Source of the DNA: Macrostomum hystrix
Taxonomy: Eukaryota; Animalia; Platyhelminthes
NCBI GenBank assembly: GCA_950097015.1
Contig: CATNEN010000041.1
Location: 558,001-622,000, forward strand
Length of the DNA stretch: 64,000 bases
Direction of reading: 5' to 3'
Part shown: positions 1 through 10,156 of the stretch, piece by piece
How positions within the stretch are numbered: the stretch's first letter is position 1
How the letters are laid out: the number at the start of each line of letters is the position of its first letter
Notes under the pieces: model-generated
The model's database searches: none
What the model saw: the letters and a program-made list of their open reading frames with translations, nothing else
What the model was told of the DNA's origin: nothing
Translations under genes and position numbers: made by a program

Positions 1-2175
1 ACGACTGCACGGCAAACGAGATAATGAAGTATGTTGGCATGGTGCTCTACATGGGGCTTAACAGAAGGGTGGAATTACGGCAGTACTGGTTTATTGATGC
101 GTTCTACGCTACTCCGTACTTTCAACTACCCTGTTGTCTGTCGCGGGATGGCTTTGCAAACATCTCATCGTTTCTGCGATTTTACGACTGCCAATCAGAG
201 GACGAGGAAGACGTCCTGGGGAAAATCCGACCGTTTATGAACATCCTGCAGGGCTGCTTCAAGAGTGTCTATATGCCAGAGAGAGAAGTCGCTGTTGATG
301 AAACCCTGGTGCACTTCAGGGGACGATTCAAGTGCAAGCAGTACATACCAACCAAGCGAGCCCGCTATGGTATCAAGATGTACTGCTTGTGTGAGTCGTC
401 AACAGGCTACCTCAGCAATTTCGCGGTTCACTCCACGTTGGAAGCGAATCAGCAAGTAGGGGTGGAGCTTAATGACGGAACACTAACCTTTGGCGGAAGG
501 GTTGTTGCCGAGCTCTGCCGAGAGATCTTGGGCCTGGGATACCATGTTTACTGCGACAGCTACTTCGGCTCCTTGTCCCTAGCAGAGTTCCTGGACACCA
601 GAGGCACCCTGCTGACTGCAACAGTTAGGGCCGATCGCGGAATTCCAGCAGAGCTCAGGGACTTAAGGCTTACTGCGCCGGGCACTGCCTTCATGCGCAA
701 CGAATCCATACTCGCCGTAAAAATCACGGATAGGAAAGCCAGCGGAGTTAAGCAGCTCTACATGCTGGACTCAGCGAATGTCGCCGCAGAACATGAAGTA
801 ACACGGGTTGGACATGGTGGGCGCCAGGAACGAGTGCGGAAATCACGGTCTGTGCTGGACTACAACAAGCATATGGGTGGCGTGGACCGCCTAGATGCAA
901 CCGTGCAACCCTATAGACCTGATCGAAAGACCTTCCGCTGGTTCGTGCGCCTCGGTGTCCACATGATGTTGGTATCATGCAGGAATGCTTGGGTAGTGTA
1001 CACGCGCTGTGGAGGAAAAAAGGTTTTCGGGCAGTTTCTGGACTCAGCAGTGCGACACATGATCGAATCGACCGGTCCCGGTCGTAAGAGGAAGCTTCAC
1101 CTGGGTCCTGTGAGAGTCGGAACCGGGCACCTGCCAAGAAAGTTGCCGCCAACGGACAAGCAAGCTCACCCGACAAAGCGATGCCGAGTGTGCTTCAAAG
1201 GTCAGTCTGCCAGGAAAACAGTTTTCTGCTGCCCTGAATGCGTCGGCCAGCCTGGGTTGTGTCTTGAAGGCTGTTTTGAACGTTGGCATGCGGCGGCTGA
1301 GATGTAAGGATAAACAATTTTTTCTATGTTAAATACTTTCAAATCTGGAAAAGCGTACAGTCTAGGGCACACGTTTTTAGTCAACTTTTTTATATTTTGC
1401 GCATGCACACATGTAAAACCTGTTTAAAATGAAAAAAAACTGCAGCAACGTTACCGCTTCATGTGTTTTTGTTCATTTGTTTGTATATTGTTAAATGCGC
1501 GTCAAATTTTGAAATTTCTCCCACTAGAAGATGATCTCGTTTTGATTTGATCTATTTTGATTCGCCTAGACAACTGATTGTTCACAGTAGAATTTTAGAC
1601 CATTTTATTACGTCTTAAAAGCCATAGTCGTATCATCTAGCATATTTATATTTTTGGAATTAAAATATGATTGTGATGAGTCTTTATCTGTAAATAGCTC
1701 GTGCATTTACTGGTAATAGCTGCGTAATGTCTCGAAATATATGGAGAAAAAAACTTTTCTTGTACATGTGTCTCCTTAATACAGAATTTTAACCATCACG
1801 TTCTACATGTACACACGTATTAGGTATTTAAATTTTTCCGCTGCAAAACTATTCTAATATGTTTTTTGCTCGTAATATATGCCCAAAATCAACAGTTTTG
1901 TTGGAGGTTGTCTGAAAAGATCATCATATTTTATACACCCGTATTAGCACTTGTTGATTTACATGTAATAAACGGTATACCACTGTTAAATATCTTTTGT
2001 CTGAAAGGTTACGCCAAGAAATGCAAAGCTATTTTCGATTTTGTTTCATGGCCAGCTGGGCTGGCCATTCCGGCAGTTGGGACCGTGTAGCTTTTCAACA
2101 TGAAACTCCCATAGACTATGGGCAGTTTGCTTAGTGAGCCATGGCCAGCAGGGATGGCCATCCGGGTTTTCGGGG
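1..2175 (+). mobile_element. piggyBac DNA transposon copy 1 (left end outside the window)
   Basis: Transposase ORF 24-1307. Right end ...TTTTCGGGG followed by TTAA (2176-2179), the canonical CCC/GGG terminus with a TTAA target. Subterminal repeat CATGGCCAGC-GGG-TGGCCAT at about 2047 and 2140. Confidence 0.85.
24..1307 (+). CDS. piggyBac transposase (PGBD4-like), N-terminus probably upstream of the window
   Basis: Motifs VDET, YCDSYF and MGGVDRLD carry the three catalytic Asp. Also KQYIPTKRARYGIK and a C-terminal Cys-rich domain CRVC...CCPEC...LCLEGCFERWH. No internal stops. Confidence 0.92.
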   Translation: MKYVGMVLYMGLNRRVELRQYWFIDAFYATPYFQLPCCLSRDGFANISSFLRFYDCQSEDEEDVLGKIRPFMNILQGCFKSVYMPEREVAVDETLVHFRGRFKCKQYIPTKRARYGIKMYCLCESSTGYLSNFAVHSTLEANQQVGVELNDGTLTFGGRVVAELCREILGLGYHVYCDSYFGSLSLAEFLDTRGTLLTATVRADRGIPAELRDLRLTAPGTAFMRNESILAVKITDRKASGVKQLYMLDSANVAAEHEVTRVGHGGRQERVRKSRSVLDYNKHMGGVDRLDATVQPYRPDRKTFRWFVRLGVHMMLVSCRNAWVVYTRCGGKKVFGQFLDSAVRHMIESTGPGRKRKLHLGPVRVGTGHLPRKLPPTDKQAHPTKRCRVCFKGQSARKTVFCCPECVGQPGLCLEGCFERWHAAAEM

Positions 2176-2420
2176 TTAATCTCTTGCTCACCAATCAGTT
2201 AATCAGTACGTTTCACTGCACTTTAATTGTTTCGCTTTCTATCGTCCTCTTAGCCCATAGACTACGCATCCTGCCCGCCCCTTGTTAACTCAATCGTTGT
2301 CTATGTTTTTAATTCCGTGCTCGGTACAGTTCCCCTTTAGTTGCTTCTAGTGCGCACTAAGCCCACTAGATCTTCGGACCAAATGCTTTTCACTTTCTAA
2401 ATACAAGTTAAATAAAAAAG

Positions 2421-2840
2421 GAGAATTTAGACTTTTGGCAATTCAAAGTCTAAGCCCTGGATTTCTTAGACTTAAAATGTGGAGCTTGGACTTTTAGCAA
2501 TTCAAAGTCTAAGCCCTGGATTTCTTAGACTTAAAAAGTAGAATTTAGACTTTTAGCAATTCAAAGTCTAAGCCCTGGATTTCTTAGACTTAAAATGTGG
2601 AGCTTGGACTTTTAGCAATCAAAAGTCGAAGCCCTGGATTTCTTAGACTTAAAAAGGAGAATTCAGACTTTTAGCAATTCAAAGTCTAAGCCCTGGATTT
2701 CTTAGACTTGAAAGTGGAGCTTGGACTTTTAGCAATAAAAAGTCGAAGCCCTGGATTTCTTAGATCTAAAAAGTTGAATTTAGACTTTTAGCAATACAAA
2801 GTCAAAGCCCTGGATTTCTTAGACTTGAAAAATAGAAGCC
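2421..2840. repeat. About 59-60 bp tandem repeat, about 7 units, alternating A/B variants, with an internal palindrome
   Basis: Unit core TTAGACTTT-TAGCAATTC-AAAGTCTAA-GCCCTGGATTTCTTAGACTT. Linkers alternate between AAAAGGAGAATT-like and AAATGTGGAGCTT-like. Confidence 0.9.
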
Positions 2841-2868
2841 CTAACTTTTTCTTGCCTTTCTCCTTCAG

Positions 2869-3780
2869 GTGCTTCAGTACTTTCCGGATCAACAGTTCTG
2901 CTTATTCCGGCATGGAATCGGATCGTGCAAGCAGTTGTTGCGTGCACTGGGGCGCATTGCCGCCCCTGCCGCCGCCGCCGCCGCCCCTGCCGCCGCTGCC
3001 GACCCTGCCGCCCCTGACGAAGACGACACACCTGGGCGTCGGGCGTCCCGGGGTTTAAATGTTGCTCTGACGGCATTTGCGGATGCTTCTCGGGTGCAAT
3101 TCGGTGGATTAATGCCTCCTCTTTCGCAGCCCGTAGCAGATATGCTACGAGCTGTGGCAATGTGCCTGCAGCGAAAAGATGCGCAACGACTTCTGTATTT
3201 GGGCAAGGCCGCTGCCGAAGTGGCGGCCTTGGCTGTGTCCTCGGCTTCGGAGGAACTTCGTGGTCCCGGGAACGCCGCTCCCGCCGACGCCGACGCTGCT
3301 CCCGCCGACGCCGACGTTGCTCCCGCCGACGCCGACGCCGATCCCGCCGACGCCAACGCCAATCCCACCGACGCCGACGCCGATCCCGCCGACGCCGACG
3401 CCGATCCCACCGACGCCGACGCCGATCCCGCCGACGCCGACGCCGATCCTACCGACGCCGACGCCGATCCCTCCGACGCCGACGCCGATCCCGCCGACGC
3501 CGACGCCGATCCCGCCCCCGCCGACGCCATCGCACCGGACGGTCGTGGCGGGGCGGGTCCCGGCCCGTCGGCGCCGCAGGCGATGCAGAACGACGACCAC
3601 GACGACGACGACGACGACGACGACGACAACGACGAGCAGCCTCCGAAGAGGCGGAAAGTGGAAATATCATTCAGCACACCATGTTCTTTAGGGAAAAAGC
3701 TGGAGAAGAAGATCAGGGCTCCACGAAAGAAGGCTCCGCCAAAAAAGAAATCACCTGCAAAGAAGCGACGTCGTCGTTAG
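2869..3780 (+). CDS. Unknown low-complexity, probably nuclear protein (terminal exon): PADADAD repeats, poly-Asp, NLS, Lys-rich tail
   Basis: 303-codon open frame starting right after a polypyrimidine tract and CAG acceptor (2867-2868). Contains PPKRRKV and [17 protein letters not shown]. Alternative frames of the repeat are less protein-like. Confidence 0.6.
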   Translation: MLQYFPDQQFCLFRHGIGSCKQLLRALGRIAAPAAAAAAPAAAADPAAPDEDDTPGRRASRGLNVALTAFADASRVQFGGLMPPLSQPVADMLRAVAMCLQRKDAQRLLYLGKAAAEVAALAVSSASEELRGPGNAAPADADAAPADADVAPADADADPADANANPTDADADPADADADPTDADADPADADADPTDADADPSDADADPADADADPAPADAIAPDGRGGAGPGPSAPQAMQNDDHDDDDDDDDDNDEQPPKRRKVEISFSTPCSLGKKLEKKIRAPRKKAPPKKKSPAKKRRRR

Positions 3781-4361
3781 CGTCGTACCGAAACAGCCCC
3801 CCTGGACTCTCAGACCTTCCCCTTTTCAATGCGCGTAGGTCGTCGTTAGCGTCAGCGTCGTGTCGTGGTCATTGCTATAAACTCTCGATGAGCGAGAATT
3901 AGGGAGTGTTATATATAGGCAGGGCGGCAAACAAGCAAGGAAATTTTGTCCCAAGCGACAACATGTCTGTTTGATTGTTTGATTGTTGTCTATGGCAAAA
4001 GTTGTTTGCCAGTTAAACTTGCAACAAGCTCGGAATATATCCGGGAAAGTGGTTTGTTAAATCCCACAAAAAAAAATCTATGTCAATAACCTTCAAGAGA
4101 GTGACTTTAACGTGGTTAAATTATACTTTTAAGCAAGACGACACCACTCAGTCAGCAGGCTCGGTAATGTCGTCTTTTTCGAAGCTTGTTTTTTCGACAT
4201 TTTTTATTGTCTATGGAAAAAGAACCGCAAAATTTGAGCTTACAGCAATCCAAATAGTATATTAATCATCCACCGGCCGTCCCCTGCAAATCAACCTATT
4301 TGGTCGTACTTTCAAACGAAGTTCAGTAGTCGTACTTTGCGTTTGCATTTACTGCAATCTT

Positions 4362-5247
4362 ATGCTAAGTGCAATACAGTGCTGTGCAGCTGGATGCACA
4401 AGCAGTTTAAATTCCCTGCCAGAGGCTGGAGTGCCAATTTGGCTTCATTGTTTCCCAAATAATGATCAAGTAGCTGAGCGTTGGCGACAAATTTTGGAGC
4501 TCAAGTTTATGGAACTCTCAATCTCCGAAAGAAAAAATTGAGAGTCTGCAGCCTACACTTTCTGGATAGCGCTTACAACTGCTCTCGCCGTCAGCTGCGA
4601 AGTCTGAAAAGCCGCATAATGCTGCGCATTCGGCTATCACATCAAGAGATAGCAACCTGGCATGCCAGTTAAGGAAAACGCGTCAATGCGTGTACAGGCA
4701 AAAAGCGACAATAAAGCGATCTTTAGATCTTTAGTAGATCTTTAGGCGAGTCTACTACTAACATTGCCGCGCAGAGAACATCACACCCAAATTATCCAGA
4801 TCCGGTTCTTGCTGAGGCGTCTGAGTACGTTGGAGGCTTCGTACTCAATAATAGTCGTGTCCTGCATGGAGTGCCCCGAGTGCAAAGAGGTGCTGACCGC
4901 GGCTGAGCCTTCAGGAGTGCACTTAAACAACAATTCGCTCTGGCACGCACTCAAAGGATTGACAAATCCGTCAGCCGCAGCCATTCAAGCGTCTGCAGAT
5001 TGAGTCGTGCGCTTTGCATCCAAAAGTGGCTGCAGAGATTGTGAACAAGTTTGTTTTTGCAGAAATCTACCTACCAACATGCAGTGCGCATTATGCTGAG
5101 GTGCATAACAGTGTTTTCTCTGCGTTTGCTCGCTTGCGATTGCACCACTGGTGTCGTGATAAGATGCGGAGCCTGCGAGAAGCAGCTCTCAGGCGATCAG
5201 GCGAAGTGCTGTTCGTAAATTCAAGAAATTTAACTAAATCTAACTAG
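4362..5247 (+). pseudogene. Internally deleted P-element/THAP9-like transposase: THAP domain joined to the C-terminal region
   Basis: CCAAGC...LHCFP...ERW...LRVCSLHF matches the THAP C2CH pattern across two frameshifts. Downstream EYVGGFVL...CPECKEVL...GLTNPS...CSAH...RLRLHHWCR resembles THAP9/P C-termini. The catalytic core is absent. Confidence 0.65.
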
Positions 5248-5840
5248 TATAATTAGTGTTTCTTTAAGGTTTCTGTTTTTGCATTGTTGTTGAGCTTTAG
5301 TTTTGTTCTTATTTGCTGATATTGGCAAGCAATCATTCAGTTATAAAGAATTTTTATCGTCTCATTTTTAAAGCAACCTGAATAAAAATTGAAGCTGTGA
5401 ATGTGCAAATGAGTAGAAATGCCTTTATGTATTTTGCAAGCTGCGTGATTTGTTTTTTTCGCGTTTAGAGACCTGCAAAGCAAAAAAATTTTTTTTACGA
5501 AGAAAAACATTTTTTGCTACTGAAAAAAAGAGTAGAAAAGCGCTATTTAAGCGAGTGACATATCTAGTTATTTTAGTATCTATGCTTCTTAGTTACTAGC
5601 AGTTCCAATGCATGAGCAACTCTCATATAGACAGACATTTCGATTTCATATAGACCATGGAATAGACAGCGATATCGCGATGACTGCAAGAAAGTGCGTC
5701 CTATGTCAGGAAAGCCGAAGCAGCCTATTGTTGTGCGAAGAGAACCGGGAGCGAATATTCTAAAATCTGTACGCAGAATTGTGCGCAGTACGAAGTTGAT
5801 TTTCCAATACACTAAGAATAAGTTTCTGGTGAAAATGCTT

Positions 5841-7161
5841 CCGGACAAAAACAGGACTGCTCAAATATTACTTCAGCTATGTGAGATATGAATCTGAAAA
5901 TCGATAATAATAATTTTCAATGTCTATGGACATAACTCCTGTAAAAGCTACAGCAGCTAATTTATGGTTTCTTGTCACTGCTTAATGCAAGCTTTTGCCT
6001 ATCGCTACCCCTGCGGAATTTCCTAGCTCTTATCTTACCTCTTACGATGGTCAAACAGCGCGAAATCGTTGTTGACTGCTTCAAGACCGGGAGATCGGCC
6101 AGGGAGTGCATGTAGCACCTGCAGGCCATCTACGGCAGCGAAGCCTTTTCGCGGAGCCAAGTATATCACATATTTGAACAGCTTCGTGAAGGTCACAATG
6201 GCTCTGATGGCAGAGGTCACCATCGTGATCCAACTGTTAGGACGCCAGCGAATGTGGCGATGGTTGAAGAGCTGATCAGCGACGACAGGCGCATCACTGT
6301 CAGGGAACTGGCCGGCTGGACTGGCATCTCGAAGACAACTGTTGACGAGATTCTGACCAAGGATCTGCAGCTGAAGCATGTGTCAGCAAGATGGGTGCCG
6401 GACCTGCTGACTGAGGAGAACCGAGCTGAGCGAGTTCTCTGAGCCAATAACTTCTATCGCCTGATGCGCAGCAATCCCGGCTTTCTTGATCGAGTCATCA
6501 CTGCTGATGAGACTTGGCTGCACTATGTGACGCCAGAGACCAAGGTTCAGTCGAAGCAGTGGGTTCCGCGTGCAGCTGCGGCCCCAACGAGAGCGCGGGT
6601 GTCGCGCAGTGCCAAGAAGGCCATGGCCATTGTGTTCTTCGACTCGAGCGGGCTGGTGTAAACGCATTATGTGCCAAATGGGCTGATGGTCAAATGCCAG
6701 TACTACTGCGAGGTTCTGGACACACTGCAAGAGCATATCAGCCGCAAGAGGCCGCAGCTGGCGCGAAGAGGCTGGTTCCTCCATCATGACAATGCCCGCC
6801 CCCACGTGTCAGCGTTGACCCAGCAGTTCCTGGAGAGGCGAGGCATTCAGACTGTGCCACATCCGCCGTACTCCCCGGACTTGGCCCCATGCGACTTTTG
6901 GCTATTTCCCAAAGTCTCAGCCGCGATCGCTGGCGCCCGTTTTGACTCCCTGCAGGAGGTCAAGAATGCTTGAGAGGGGGTCATGACCCCTATGCCTGCG
7001 TCTAGCTTCGCAGAGGCCTTCGACAAGTGGCTGGTGAGGTGGGAGCGGTGTCTGGAGAAAGGTGGCAACTTTGTTGAGAAGTGACTCAAGTTTCGTTTTG
7101 TTTGCATGCATTGTTGCTGAGTTGCTGAAAGCAGTCCTATTTTTGCCGGACAACCCTCGTG
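5841..7161 (+). mobile_element. mariner (DD34D) element copy 1, defective
   Basis: One reading frame 6047-7084 (345 codons) with 4 in-frame stops. Motifs WVP, TADETW, HHDNARPH, YSPDLAPCD; 34 residues between the 2nd and 3rd Asp. Right TIR ...GGACAACCCTCGTG then TA (7162-7163). Partial left TIR at about 5841-5861. Confidence 0.9.
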
Positions 7162-7807
7162 TATAATAGCATCTGGACTGGAAGCGAAATATAAATTTCA
7201 CAATTATTTTAACACATGGGGCCAATGTTTAGTTGAGCACAGCGGCACTCCAGAGAAAAATAACTACTTAAGCCGTCACACATCACAATGCGCCTACATT
7301 CCATGCATGCACATTGAATGTGGTGGAAATCCTATGTTGTGGAGAGAAATGGAGTCTACTTTTTCGGAGAAGCATTTCCCATTGATTTCAATGGCGTTTC
7401 AATTGGCATTCAATCGGTCCCCCAGCTTTTCACCATAGACACTTGTTCCAGAAATGCCACGACTTATGGCCACGTAGTGGTACCCTTTGAATTGAATTAG
7501 ATTTCCTAGTTGTTTCATTTCATACTCAACCTAGTTTCCTCAGTTTTCTTTGCCAAGGATTTCTGCACCATGAAAGCATATCTGGCATTCTTCTCGAATC
7601 TTTCATTAAACAGTTTTCTCTGAAAAGCTTCATTTTAAATCGATGCAACGACTTGGAATTTCGATCGATAACTTCTACAAGACGGGCATGGTTAGCTATC
7701 ACCCCTTTGCTGACGGCTGTCCCGTTTTTGGGCCATAGACTATTTGACAGAAGTCGCTGATGCTGCCCATAGCACCCCCTTCCCGCCTGCTGCTCGCTGA
7801 ATGGAAC

Positions 7808-8000
7808 TTTACCAGTTGGGTGCCGAGCAAGTTAATGGCGGTCGATCGAGGCGCGTAGCGCCGAGATCGTAATCGCCATTAACTGCGAGGCAGCCAACCG
7901 GTAAAAGCATTATAAGGCTTCAGGCCATAGACAAATCAACTCCCCCTATAACGCCGTTGCTTGTCGACCGTCATTATTGTGGCGTTGATTTGTCTATGGC
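7808..8000. other. Two adjacent hairpins upstream of YR1: about 98-nt imperfect stem-loop (7808-7905) and a perfect 17-bp inverted repeat bounded by CCATAGAC (7924-7940 / 7984-8000)
   Basis: AGTTAATGGCG (7830-7840) pairs with CGCCATTAACT (7874-7884). TTTACCAGTTGGGTGCC pairs with GGCAGCCAACCGGTAAA (2 mismatches). GCCATAGACAAATCAAC and GTTGATTTGTCTATGGC are exact reverse complements. Confidence 0.85.
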
Positions 8001-8066
8001 TAAGAGTGGGCAAGCGAGTCATCGTGCGAAGAGGGAGGGGGTTAGGAGCAGGGAGCGAAATTTATT

Positions 8067-9681
8067 TTGAAACTAAGTTTGTCTGCTTCTATCTTGGCTC
8101 TGGCTGAAATGGAGGAAATGGCAGCATTTCCTACCGGATTACTAGACCTGCGAGAAAGGGACGTGGTCGGTCTCACTGTGGACCAAATTGTGGAGCGCAT
8201 TGCCAACCAGCGGCTATTTAATGAGCCGCCAGATGAACTGCCTGAACTGCCTGTGGATGACGTCACGGAGGCGCTATTGTCTGGATTGCCTGAACTGCCT
8301 GATGATGACGCCACGGAGACGGTACTGTCTGGATTGGATCAGGTGGAGCTACAGAATCGCAATCGCACTGCTGTTGTCCACGAGAACTCTGCCGTCAAGA
8401 GGTTCAACGTCTGCATGAGGAAACTGAATATTGAGTGCGACCTGGCATGCGTCAATACTGAACAACTGGGCAAGTACCAACGGATCTTTTATGGCCTACT
8501 GCGCAAAGATGACGGTGGTCTGTATGCGCCGGCAAGCCTGGCATGTTTTCGCGCCGGACTTTACCGCTGCCTGAAGCGCACACGGTCAATTGATATAATC
8601 GGTGATATTGCCTTCACGCGTGCGAACGACTTGTTGAAGGTAATGGCTGCATTATTTGTGAAGGAAGGCGGCGAGTCGAAACAGTATGCCGCCATAGAAG
8701 AGGCAGATTTACGTTTGCTAGGACAATACTTCAATCGTATGGATCCTGTTTGTCTGATGCACGAGGCTTCAACATGATGTACCACTTCGGTCTACGTGGA
8801 CGGGAATGGATACGTACACTGGATCGGGACTCGTTTGTCGTGGTGAATGTCGAGAATGGTAAGCAGGCCTTCGCGTTGAACCCGATGGAGTCCAAAAACC
8901 GACAAGGTTCGCTGAAGCCGGGTCGGCTAGCAACACCAAGCAGCCTCTCATGGCTCAGACGGGCGCACCCGGTTGTCCGTTCGAGGGATTTAAACTGTTT
9001 CTGGAGAAGGTGGATGAGTCGAAGTGTACTCAAAACGTCGAATCCCGCGGTCTGTTTTACAAGCCAAAGATTGCTAAGCTGGGCAACGATTGGTACTACG
9101 TGAAGTGCCCTCTCGGAGTTGGAAAGCTCAGCACACTAATGCAGGACATTTCGCAAGCAGCGAGTCTCAGCCGGGTGTATACTGCACACTGCATTCGTGC
9201 TACAGTTGCCACTGAGTTGCATAACAGAGGCTTCAGAGTAGAAGAGATCGCCCGCGTCACAGGCCATGTCAGCTCGAGGACCACCGAACGGTACATACGA
9301 TTCGGCAGGAAAAGAAATGCCGACATGGCGAAGTTGTCTGAGGCACTTCAGTCCACACTCGGAACTGGGTCATCAACCGCAACAACAACTAGCAGTGATT
9401 GCATTGGGAGCGCCGGAAATGAGGACGTCGACTGCTGCGTCCGTGCCGGCAGCAGCACTAGCGGCATTGGCAAACTGCGTGCACCGCAGCTGAGATCCTC
9501 TGTTACGAATGCTGCTTGCAGCCAGACGCTCCGCCTATCCACTGCAATCGACGCGGAGCACGAGACCGACGAGGTGCTGGTTCAGGAGCTGCTGATGCAG
9601 AAGACGTCGCCGCATGATGCGGCCACCGTTCCACGAGTCATCATCATACGCGGTGGTACTTTCACGGGATGTCACTTCTAA
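8067..9681 (+). CDS. Crypton-like tyrosine recombinase YR1 (DUF3504/KCTD1-type), 2 frameshifts
   Basis: LRKDDGGLYAPASLACFRAGL, catalytic Arg in FGLRGRE, WYYVKCPLG, H-x-x-R in YTAHCIRAT, TGH, and Tyr in ERY. Frames join at about 8775 and 8945. Confidence 0.85.
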
Positions 9682-10156
9682 CAAACGGTCGGAAAGCAGG
9701 ACTGATTGTCACGCCGCAGCTGGTAAACTGAAATACATTTTCCTTATTCAATCGAACTAAACTTGCTGCACCCAAAACTGTTGCCCGTTTCTGCGCACCG
9801 TTTTTCCTACATACTTTAATTGATAATTGCTTCTGGCTCATGGCGGATTGGCGCAGTTTGTGCCATAGACATGCCATTATCGCTGAGTGATCGTTTATAC
9901 CATAATACGTTGCTGAAGCCTTATAATGGTCTGTGCGAGAGAGAGAGAAAGAGTGACAGAGCCATGTACATTCGTTTCGCTACAAGCATCGATCGATACT
10001 CCTACGACACCCACCCCCAACCTGTGGGGTGGGATTAGCTGTTAGCGCGGTATAAATGGAAGTGGTGTGCAGGCTGCAACAACAGAAAATTTTGTGCTAG
10101 CATATTTTTTTGGTATACAGCTAATTTTCGGGCCTTATTTACTTACTTTCTTTTGA

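Noticed and set aside
2421-2840. CRISPR-like array (palindromic repeats)
   Set aside because: The linkers are short and alternate between two related sequences rather than being unique spacers. There are no cas genes and the context is eukaryotic.
2889-3691. Overlapping alternative ORFs (poly-Arg, [16 protein letters not shown])
   Set aside because: By-products of the GC-rich repeat. Only the 2869 frame has an acceptor, a non-repetitive N-part and an NLS.
5678-5840. CVLCQE...-containing frame, possible N-terminus of another transposase
   Set aside because: Too short and frameshifted to assign, and it is cut by the mariner TIR.
6047-7084. Stop-codon readthrough or an alternative genetic code in mariner 1 (four in-frame stops, no frameshift)
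   Set aside because: All three stop types occur, neighbouring genes use the standard code, and point mutation explains the stops.
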